Shown here: positions 8,838 through 15,761 of the stretch, piece by piece | How the letters are laid out: each line of letters starts with the position of its first letter | How positions within the stretch are numbered: position 1 is the stretch's first letter | Source: Candidatus Multivorans sp. | GTDB taxonomy: Bacteria > Acidobacteriota > Thermoanaerobaculia > Multivoradales > Multivoraceae | Direction: 5' to 3' | DNA length: 64,000 nucleotides | Assembly (NCBI GenBank): GCA_965205295.1 | Contig: OZ242167.1 | Location: 4,618,048 to 4,682,047 of the forward strand | Made by a program: the position numbers and the translations under genes | The notes under the pieces: generated by a model | The model's input: only the letters and a program-made list of their open reading frames with translations | Told to the model about the DNA's origin: nothing | The model's database searches: none

Positions 8838-10289
8838 TCAATCAAGCAGGGGCCCAAGGACCACGTAGCGGATCACGAACACGACCATCACCAGTTCGAA
8901 CAGGAAGATGGCCCAGACGGCGATACGTACTCCCATGCCCGGGCGAATGCGCGGGTCCATCCGGTGTTTCTGGAACCAGAGCACGGCGCCGCTCTGGATC
9001 GGCAGCAGCATCCCGATGACCAGCGAACTGATCGTGACCAGCAGCACCGGGTTCGGTATCGCCACGTAGACGGCGAACGCGAAGACCGGGATCCCCGTGC
9101 AGTAGGCGCGGATCCAGGACCTGCGGGCGGTCAGGTTGCGCCGCCGCAGGTAGCCCAGCTCCATGATGTAGTCCGGGATGTAGCGGGCGCCGCCGGCGAT
9201 GGCCGAGAGCATCGTCGAGAACAGGATGCAGAAGGCGCCGACACCGAACAGCCACAGCGACCAGGGTCCCAGTGTCTGGGTGAACATCTCGGACAGCATC
9301 GAGATCGTCTCCAGGCCCTCCGGCTCCTTGCCGCGGGCCCGCAGCACGCCGGCGCCGAGGATGTAGAAGGGCAGCGTGGCGCAGGTCAGGATGACCAGGG
9401 TGACCCAGACATCGGTCTGCATGACCTTGATCCACCCTTTCGCGCGCGCCTCCCATCCCGGTGCGTCGGGGCGTCCGACGAAGTTCGGATAGCCCTTCTC
9501 GACGCACCAGTACTGGTAGGCCGAAGTCTCCGAAGAGTTCACTCCGGTGTAGCCGTAGACGGCGAGCGCGGCGACGAGATACTCGAGCGGGAAATCGAAG
9601 GTGAAGCCCGAGGCGAGGTCCGCGCGCGTGACGGCAAACTCGGTGAACTGCATCAGGATGGCGCACACCAGAGTGGCGCCGGTGAAGGTCATGACCAGCA
9701 CCAGCATCACGCCTTCCAGCAGCTTGTACGAGCCGGTCACCAGCAGTGCGATCGCGGCGAGGGCGAGCACACCGGCGGCCCAGGTGGACGGTATCTGCGG
9801 CGCCAGCAGAGTGAGCGCCTGGCCGGCGCCGCCGATGATTCCTCCGAGACCCAGCAGCCCGGGGACCAGGGCGACCAGGGCGATCGCCACCGGAAAGCTG
9901 ACATGGCCGCGTCCGATCGGGATGCGGCCGGGAAGGCGGTTCATCGCCCGCACGTACGTGTCGCCGGAAACCAGGGTGTAGCGGGCGAGTTCCGCCTGGA
10001 TCAGCGACTTGATCCAGCAGGAAAGGAGGACCCACCACAACAGGACGAAGCCGGCGGAGGCGCCCAGGCCTGAGGTGAGGATGATCTCGCCCGAACCGAC
10101 GATCGAGCCGGAAATGACGATGCTGGGACCGAGGTAGCGCAGTCGGCTGCGCCAGGTGGTCGGCGGCGGAACGGCGCCGCCCTCGCGGACGGTGTAGGGG
10201 TCGCTGCGCGTGTTGGAGAAGCCAGCCCCCCGATCTGGCCCCTCGGCGCCGGCCGGTGGATCGCTCCGCGGAATGGGGGAGTCGCTCAT
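8838..10289 (-). CDS. Nramp-like (APC-fold) metal-ion transporter, divergent
   Basis: Start at ATG 10289 (MSDSPIP..). About 11 hydrophobic segments. GPSIVISGSIVGSGEIILTSGLGASAGFVLLWWVLLSCWIKSLIQAELARY resembles Nramp TM1-2, but GSGE replaces the canonical DPGN. The upstream 200 codons of the track ORF look non-coding. Confidence 0.55.
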   Translation of the reverse strand: MSDSPIPRSDPPAGAEGPDRGAGFSNTRSDPYTVREGGAVPPPTTWRSRLRYLGPSIVISGSIVGSGEIILTSGLGASAGFVLLWWVLLSCWIKSLIQAELARYTLVSGDTYVRAMNRLPGRIPIGRGHVSFPVAIALVALVPGLLGLGGIIGGAGQALTLLAPQIPSTWAAGVLALAAIALLVTGSYKLLEGVMLVLVMTFTGATLVCAILMQFTEFAVTRADLASGFTFDFPLEYLVAALAVYGYTGVNSSETSAYQYWCVEKGYPNFVGRPDAPGWEARAKGWIKVMQTDVWVTLVILTCATLPFYILGAGVLRARGKEPEGLETISMLSEMFTQTLGPWSLWLFGVGAFCILFSTMLSAIAGGARYIPDYIMELGYLRRRNLTARRSWIRAYCTGIPVFAFAVYVAIPNPVLLVTISSLVIGMLLPIQSGAVLWFQKHRMDPRIRPGMGVRIAVWAIFLFELVMVVFVIRYVVLGPLLD

Positions 10290-10430
10290 CAGTTGTGGGA
10301 TGGAAACCGAGACTCTACACCGGCGCGGTCGGCGGCTGGCGGCTTGGCTGACTGGTACTCTCAGCGTCCGAGGCGAGCCGGCATTGGCGTCGGCATTCTG
10401 CAGGAACGGAGCGCAGGCCCGGAGACGAGA

Positions 10431-10874
10431 ATGATGAGGGATGGACATCGCTTTCGCAGGACCGTAGGGCTCGGCTCTGCCGTACTGGCCTTGACGCTCG
10501 CGGCCGCGGCCTTCGCGCACCTCAAGGCGCTCAAGACCAGTCCGGAGGACGGTGCAGCCCTGAGCGGTCCTGTACGCACTCTCCGGGTCTTCTTCAACCA
10601 GGAGCCGGACCTGCCGCTGAGCAAGCTCGAACTCGAAGGGCCGCGGGGCCCGCTGAGCGTCGAGGGCCTGCACACGATGGGCGAGAAGGACCTGATGGCC
10701 AGGGTTTCGGGCCGCATGCCCGACGGCGCCTACACCGCGCGCTGGCAGACGGCGGGCGACGACGGGCACGTCCTCAAGGGCGAGTGGGCGTTCACGATTG
10801 CCAGGGAGGTTCGAGCTGTCGAGCCCGCCCTTGCGCCGGGTGAGTTCGCACGCCTTGACCGCGGCGGTCGCTGA
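10431..10874 (+). CDS. copC: CopC-domain copper-binding periplasmic protein
   Basis: ATG at 10431. Signal peptide ends ..AAAAFA, followed by HLKALKTSPEDGAALSGPVRTLRVFF (mature N-terminal His plus the S-P-x-x-G pattern) and ..YTARWQTAGDDGHVLKGEWAFTI. A copD gene lies 2.2 kb downstream. Confidence 0.75.
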   Translation: MMRDGHRFRRTVGLGSAVLALTLAAAAFAHLKALKTSPEDGAALSGPVRTLRVFFNQEPDLPLSKLELEGPRGPLSVEGLHTMGEKDLMARVSGRMPDGAYTARWQTAGDDGHVLKGEWAFTIAREVRAVEPALAPGEFARLDRGGR

Positions 10875-10877
10875 ACC

Positions 10878-10922
10878 GCTGGCGGCAGCCGCCGCACTGA
10901 CCACGCTCGGCACGTTCTTGCA
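10878..10922 (+). pseudogene. copD-like relic (matches internal copD codons around 13326-13370) fused directly after the copC stop
   Basis: gctggcggcagccgccgcactgaccacgctcggcacgttcttgca aligns with copD gcaagcggctgccgccgcattgaccacgctcggtatgttcaccgc (roughly 34 of 40 identical by eye). The same relic recurs at 21636-21680 and 24248-24292. Confidence 0.6.
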
Positions 10923-10951
10923 CCTTGCGGTTCTTCGCGTCCCGCGGACCG

Positions 10952-12715
10952 CTACGGCTCGCAGCTATCGGCGAATGCCGCGACATCGGTGATCGCGGGG
11001 GCCGGGGCGCCGGGCTCGTTCAGGTACTCCCGGATCTCGCCGGTCACGGTGTCCGTGACCTCGATCCGGTAGCCGAGGTCCGTTGTGGCAGCGCTGAACA
11101 CCCAGACGCGACCGTTCACCTCACAGCCGTCCAGGATCTTGATCAGCGTTTCCCAGTTCTGACTCCTGAAGAACCAGAACATCCCGGAGTCGTTGGTGCC
11201 CCCCCGGACGACGTTGCCCATGCCCGTGCTGCCGTCCTGCGCCGACCAGTGAGTGCGCACCGCGAAGCGGGAGTGCCGCAGGCAGAGCGTCTCGCGGTCC
11301 GCCGTACAGGTCCCGGCCGGGTCGCTCGCCTCGACCAGGAACGTCCGTGAGGCGGTTGACTCCTCGTTGCCGTCGGCGACGGTGAGCGTCACTGTGTAGA
11401 AGCCGGGCTCGCCCCAGGCGCGGCTGCCGGTGGTGGAAGTCGCGCTGCGGTCGTCGCCGAAGCTCCACTCGCGGATGCGCACCGCCCCGGTGCTGGTGTC
11501 GACGAATCGGACGTTATCGCCGGTCAGCGCCCGGCAGAGGTCGTCGGGACAGTCGACGTCGACGGTGAAGGACGCCTTCAACGGGCCGGGTTCAGGTTCG
11601 GGTTCAGGTTCAGGCTCTGGTTCAGGCTCGGGCTGAGGCGGCGGTGGCGACGTGGTGGGCGGCGGCGGCGGCGGTGGCGGTTCTTGCGTCGGCGGGTCCT
11701 GCGGTGGCGGTTCCTGCGGCGGCGGCGGTGGCGGGTCCTGCGTCGGCGGGTCCTGGGTCAGCTCTTGCGTGGTTGCGGAGTCGACGTTCGACGGAGTTCC
11801 CGTGCCGACGGTGTTGATGGCCGAGACCCTGTAGTGGCGGGTCTGGTTGAGCGAAAAGCCGGTGTGGCTGTAGGAGGTGTTCGTGTTGCCCGTGTTGGCC
11901 GCGAGCACGGTCCAGGGGGCGTTGCCGTCGGCGGACCACTCGATCTTGTAACCCGTGATGCGCGCGCCGCCGTTGTTTGAAGGAGCGGTCCATGTCAGGT
12001 CGATCTGCGAGCTTCCGTTCGCCCTCGCCGTCAACGTTGGAGCGCTCGCCACGGCAAGGGGTGTGCTCCTCGGCGCGCCGTTCAGGGCGACCTGAACATT
12101 CCACTTCGACCAGACCTTCCAAGAGCTGCTCTTGGGTACCCATGTGTGGAATGCGTCCGGCAAGCTCCATCCCGTTTCGCCCGGTTCGCCCGTTTCGTAG
12201 TCGGAGTCGATGAGGTCGAAGTACAAATGGTCGGAGGGGGAGAGTGAGTAGAACCTCAGGTGGTAGGTCGTCTCTGGAAGGAGCGCGGTGTCGTCCGGCA
12301 GGGTGAAGGTGACGATGTGGTTGCCCGCCTTCAACCACCAAGGCCAAGGGTCGGGTGGTGAGAGCTCCGCTTCAACCGTTTCGGTGAGGCTCGTTCCGGC
12401 GACGCTGCCCTTGACGAGCGCCACCCTCGGGGTGGGTGAAAACCGTTCGTAGACGTAGACCTTGACCTCGACGGCGGCGAGGTCGTAGCCGTTCGCATGG
12501 CTGCCGGTCGTGAACTCCTGTGCGAAGTCATCTCCGGTCATTGCTTCTTGGCGTGGCTCGCCGATGCTGGAGAGGAACGTGGTCGTCTGGGCGACTGCCG
12601 GCAGCGCAAGCAGCGAGGCGACCGCCGGCGCCGCGAGGACGGCGAGCACACGGGCGTGAGCGATGTTCCACTTGTGGGCGCCCGGCTTGTACCGCGGCGC
12701 CCGAGCGTTGTGCAT
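10952..12715 (-). CDS. Secreted FN3/PKD/Cys-CTD family protein, paralog A (N-module, 1 FN3, Pro-rich + (PE)7 linker, PKD, CTD)
   Basis: Start chosen at ATG 12715 (MHNARAP..ARVLAVLAAPAVASLLALPAVAQ signal), because the family upstream motif sits at 12745-12765. FN3: IDLTWTAPSNNGGARITGYKIEWSADGNAPW..RHYRVSAIN. PKD-like: ASFTVD..FVDTSTG..WSFGDD..GFYTVTLTVADG. CTD: CTADRETLCLRHSRFAV..MFWFF..LDGCEVNGRVWVF..SCEP. Confidence 0.8.
   Translation of the reverse strand: MHNARAPRYKPGAHKWNIAHARVLAVLAAPAVASLLALPAVAQTTTFLSSIGEPRQEAMTGDDFAQEFTTGSHANGYDLAAVEVKVYVYERFSPTPRVALVKGSVAGTSLTETVEAELSPPDPWPWWLKAGNHIVTFTLPDDTALLPETTYHLRFYSLSPSDHLYFDLIDSDYETGEPGETGWSLPDAFHTWVPKSSSWKVWSKWNVQVALNGAPRSTPLAVASAPTLTARANGSSQIDLTWTAPSNNGGARITGYKIEWSADGNAPWTVLAANTGNTNTSYSHTGFSLNQTRHYRVSAINTVGTGTPSNVDSATTQELTQDPPTQDPPPPPPQEPPPQDPPTQEPPPPPPPPTTSPPPPQPEPEPEPEPEPEPEPGPLKASFTVDVDCPDDLCRALTGDNVRFVDTSTGAVRIREWSFGDDRSATSTTGSRAWGEPGFYTVTLTVADGNEESTASRTFLVEASDPAGTCTADRETLCLRHSRFAVRTHWSAQDGSTGMGNVVRGGTNDSGMFWFFRSQNWETLIKILDGCEVNGRVWVFSAATTDLGYRIEVTDTVTGEIREYLNEPGAPAPAITDVAAFADSCEP
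11588..11635 (-). repeat. (GGYTCR)n hexanucleotide microsatellite encoding a (PE)n linker, paralog A
   Basis: gggttcaggttcgggttcaggttcaggctctggttcaggctcggg encodes PEPEPEPEPEPEPEP. Confidence 0.85.
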
Positions 12716-12744
12716 GCAGACAGTTTTGTCTCCATGCGGTTCCT

Positions 12745-12765
12745 TGTCGCCTACAGAACTGCGGG
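12745..12765 (-). promoter_or_regulatory. Family-conserved upstream element (plus strand TGTCGCCTACAGAAYTGCGGG), copy A
   Basis: tgtcgcctacagaactgcggg lies 30-50 nt upstream of the chosen start. The same motif is found upstream of all six paralogs. Confidence 0.55.
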
Positions 12766-12933
12766 CTTCTCGGGAGCTCGGACCGCGCGGATGCGGCGTT
12801 CCGGTGTGAATACGCGCCCGTGTACTGGCTCGCACAGATGTGAGACTGCAGGGGCTGTTACACTGCTGCTTCCCTACGTGGTGTGCGCAGGGGTGGCCAG
12901 GTGGCAGCCCGAAACGGAACGGAGACGCTTTCG

Positions 12934-13013
12934 ATCAGGAGCCCGACGTGCCGCTGAGCAAGCTGGAACTCGAGGGTCCGGCGACCTTCACGATCGACCG
13001 CGGCGGTCGCTGA
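12934..13013 (+). pseudogene. copC 3' relic with an internal deletion, ending in the copC-type stop just upstream of copD
   Basis: atcaggagcccgacgtgccgctgagcaagctggaactcgagggtccg matches copC 10597-10645. It then jumps to ..ttcacgatcgaccgcggcggtcgctga, which matches the copC end. It translates as QEPDVPLSKLELEGP/ATFTIDRGGR*. Confidence 0.7.
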
Positions 13014-13035
13014 ACCGCTGGCAGCTTCTTCGGCA

Positions 13036-13917
13036 ATGAGCTGGGAGATGGCTGGCCGCTGGTCGATCTACCTGCCCCTCCTGCTGGTCTATGGCGTCCT
13101 TGGTCTGCGGCTGCTGGTCGCGGTCCGGGGCGGCGCGCTGTTGGTTCGCGATCCGCGGGTCGGCCTTGAGCGTCTGGGCTGGCTGTCGTCCCTGCTGCTG
13201 CTTGCGGCGCTGCTGCTGCGGGCCGTCTTCCAGTCGGTCGAGGTCTGGGGGCCTGCCGAGGGATTGTCTCTCGAGAGCCTGCGGGCGGTGGCGATCGACA
13301 GCCGATGGGGGAGTCGGTGGCAGTGGCAAGCGGCTGCCGCCGCATTGACCACGCTCGGTATGTTCACCGCACTGAGGCTCCGGGCCTTCGGCTGTCTCGT
13401 CGCCTGGATCGGCGCCCTGGGTGTGGCGGTCGCGCTGCCGATGACGGGCCATGCGTACGGCGACTTGCTGGCCTGGACGGCTCAAAGCGTGCACATCGTG
13501 GGCGCCGGCATCTGGATCGGCACCCTGGTCGTCGTGCTCCTGGTGCCTTCCGGGTTCGCCGGCACTTCGCGGGCGGAGGCGGCGTCGATGCGTCGATACT
13601 GGTTGAGCGCGTTCGCGCCCCTGGCGATGATTGGCGCCTCGCTGCTCGTGGCCAGCGGTGCGCTGCTCGCCTTCCTCTACCTGCCGGCCTGGGAGACGCT
13701 GTGGACGGACCCGTACGGCCGGATCCTCCTGGTCAAGGTCGGGCTGAGCCTGTTCGTGCTCGGTTGCGGCGCCTTCAACTCGGTGGGGCTGCACTTCCGG
13801 CCTGACTTGCACACGGACCCGCTGCCCAGGACCGTCACCTTGGAAGTCGTGTTCGCCCTGCTTGTGCTCGCGGCCACGGGCGTGCTGACGAGCACGGCGC
13901 AGCCCGACATGCACTGA
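13036..13917 (+). CDS. copD: CopD family copper resistance membrane protein
   Basis: 293 aa with about 8 hydrophobic segments. ..LPMTGHAYGD..SVHIVGAGIWIGTLVVV..LLVKVGLSLFVLGCGAFN is typical of CopD/YcnJ-type proteins. It sits directly after the copC relic. Confidence 0.75.
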   Translation: MSWEMAGRWSIYLPLLLVYGVLGLRLLVAVRGGALLVRDPRVGLERLGWLSSLLLLAALLLRAVFQSVEVWGPAEGLSLESLRAVAIDSRWGSRWQWQAAAAALTTLGMFTALRLRAFGCLVAWIGALGVAVALPMTGHAYGDLLAWTAQSVHIVGAGIWIGTLVVVLLVPSGFAGTSRAEAASMRRYWLSAFAPLAMIGASLLVASGALLAFLYLPAWETLWTDPYGRILLVKVGLSLFVLGCGAFNSVGLHFRPDLHTDPLPRTVTLEVVFALLVLAATGVLTSTAQPDMH

Positions 13918-13942
13918 GCAGGCTAGCGCGTCCCGCGGCTCG

Positions 13943-15667
13943 CTACGGCTCGCAGCCACCGGCGAATGCCGTGACGTCGGTGATCGCGGGGGCCGGGGCG
14001 CCAGGCTCGTTCAGGTACTCCCGCATCTCGCCGGTCACGGTGTCCATCACCTCGATCCGGTAGCCGACGTCCGTGGTGGAAGCGACGAACACCCAGACGC
14101 GCCCGTTCTGCGCGCAGCCGTCCAGGACCTTGATCAGCGTTTCCCGGTTCGAACTCTCGAAGAACCAGAACATTCCGGATTCGTCGGTGGCCTCCCGGAC
14201 GACGACCCCCTTGCCCGTTCTGCCGTCCGGCATCGACCAGTCGATCCGGACCGCGAAGCGGGAATGTTGCAGGCAGAGCGTCTCCTGGTCCGCGGTGCAG
14301 GTTCCCGCGGGGTCGCTCGCCTCGACCAGGAACGTCCGCGACACGGCGGATTCCCCTCCGGCGTCGGCGACGGTGAGCGTCACCGTGTAGAAGCCGGGCT
14401 CCTCCCAGCCGCGGAGGACGGTGCCCGAGCGCGCAGCGCCGTCGTCGCCGAAGGTCCACTCGCGGGTGCGCACCGCGCCGGTGCTGGTGTCGACGAACCG
14501 GACGGCATCGCCGGTCAGCGCCCGGCAGAGATCGTCGGGACAGTCGACGTCGACGGTGAAGGACGCCTTGAGCGGGCCGGGGTCAGGTTCGGGGTCAGGT
14601 TCGGGTTCGGGGTCAGGTTCGGGCTGGGGCGTCGGCGGGGGCGCTCCGCCTCCCGACGGCGACTCTTGCGTCGTGGCGGAAGCGACGTTGGACGGGGATC
14701 CCGTGCCGGCGGAGTTGATGGCCGAGACCCGATAGTGGCGGGTTTGGCCGGGCCCAACGCCGGTGTCGCTGTAGGAGGTGCTCGTACTGCCGGTGTTGGC
14801 TTCAAGCTCGTTCCAGGGTGCGTTGCCGTCGGCGGACCACTCGATCCTGTAGCCGGTGATCTGCGAGCCGCCGTCGCGCGGCGGGGCGATCCATGCAAGG
14901 TTGATATGCGAGCTGCCGCTCGCCGTCGCCGTCAGGGACGCGGGCACACCCGCGACGACAACCCGGGGCGTCTTCACGGCGATCTGGGCTAGTGGTGAGA
15001 GCGCATACCAGCGGTTGTGAGAGGACTCGAAGTAGTGACGCCCGTTGAGCACGCTCCATCCCGGTTGGCCGGCTTGGTCATGGGAGTGGGTAAGGACCAG
15101 TCCCAGGTCCACGTCACTTGGCGTCGCGCGGATCAGGACGAAGTAGGTCGTGTTTCGGGCGAGTATGGTTCCTCTCGGCGCCGCGAAGAAGTGCGTTTGA
15201 ACGGTCTGGTTGACGGCCGGCCCGGCCAACCAATCATCGGGCGCTTCGAGCGTCGCGACGAGTGTGCCGTCGGGCCGGTCGCGGCGAACCTCCGCTGTCG
15301 CCCTGACGTCTTCGTCGGACTGGAAAAAGAACCTGAGTTCCATCCCGGCGAAGTCGTAGCCCAGTTCGTTGTTGCCGGACGCGAATCCTTGCGCCAGGAC
15401 GCCGGACAAGTCGACATGGCCGGCAATCTGTTGGGAGAGATTCTCGACAAGCGTTGTCGTCTGGGCGGCTGTCGGCGGCGCCAACATCGACAGAACCGCC
15501 GACGCCGCCCATGTAGCGAGTCGAGGCGCACCAAGGCGGTGGAACCGGCCTGCCGTGCGCGGCCCGCCACGCCTATCCACGGCGGGACCGTCGACGGGCC
15601 AATGTCGGCCTTCGCCGGGGTGGTTCCCTTGTCGCCGGAAGCGAAGAACACCAGCAGTCCACACCAA
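13943..15667 (-). CDS. Secreted FN3/PKD/Cys-CTD family protein, paralog B (N-module, 1 FN3, (PE/PD) linker, PKD, CTD)
   Basis: 574-aa ORF from a TTG start; the exact start is uncertain. The signal-like segment RLATWAASAVLSMLAPPTAAQ is followed by TTTLVENLS..AQGFASGNNELGYDFAGMEL, one FN3 module, the PKD-like domain and the CTD (CTADQETLCLQHSRFAVRIDW..GGCEP). Confidence 0.75.
   Translation of the reverse strand: MVWTAGVLRFRRQGNHPGEGRHWPVDGPAVDRRGGPRTAGRFHRLGAPRLATWAASAVLSMLAPPTAAQTTTLVENLSQQIAGHVDLSGVLAQGFASGNNELGYDFAGMELRFFFQSDEDVRATAEVRRDRPDGTLVATLEAPDDWLAGPAVNQTVQTHFFAAPRGTILARNTTYFVLIRATPSDVDLGLVLTHSHDQAGQPGWSVLNGRHYFESSHNRWYALSPLAQIAVKTPRVVVAGVPASLTATASGSSHINLAWIAPPRDGGSQITGYRIEWSADGNAPWNELEANTGSTSTSYSDTGVGPGQTRHYRVSAINSAGTGSPSNVASATTQESPSGGGAPPPTPQPEPDPEPEPDPEPDPGPLKASFTVDVDCPDDLCRALTGDAVRFVDTSTGAVRTREWTFGDDGAARSGTVLRGWEEPGFYTVTLTVADAGGESAVSRTFLVEASDPAGTCTADQETLCLQHSRFAVRIDWSMPDGRTGKGVVVREATDESGMFWFFESSNRETLIKVLDGCAQNGRVWVFVASTTDVGYRIEVMDTVTGEMREYLNEPGAPAPAITDVTAFAGGCEP
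14579..14626 (-). repeat. (GGYTCR)n microsatellite encoding the (PE/PD)n linker, paralog B
   Basis: ggggtcaggttcggggtcaggttcgggttcggggtcaggttcggg encodes PEPDPEPEPDPEPDP. Confidence 0.8.
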
Positions 15668-15693
15668 AACAAGGCTAGTGGGGAAGAGGCGTA

Positions 15694-15715
15694 CTGTCGC
15701 CTACAAAACTACGAG
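15694..15715 (-). promoter_or_regulatory. Family-conserved upstream element, copy B (variant)
   Basis: tgtcgcctacaaaactacgagg shares the first ~16 nt with the consensus. Its 3' part is tandemly duplicated (see 15701-15736). Confidence 0.45.
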
Positions 15716-15736
15716 GCGATACAAAACTACGAGGCG
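15701..15736. repeat. 18-bp perfect tandem duplication (tacaaaactacgaggcga x2) overlapping upstream element B
   Basis: Read directly: cctacaaaactacgaggcgatacaaaactacgaggcgatcag. Confidence 0.85.
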
Positions 15737-15761
15737 ATCAGCGCGTGGGGGCTGTAGACCG

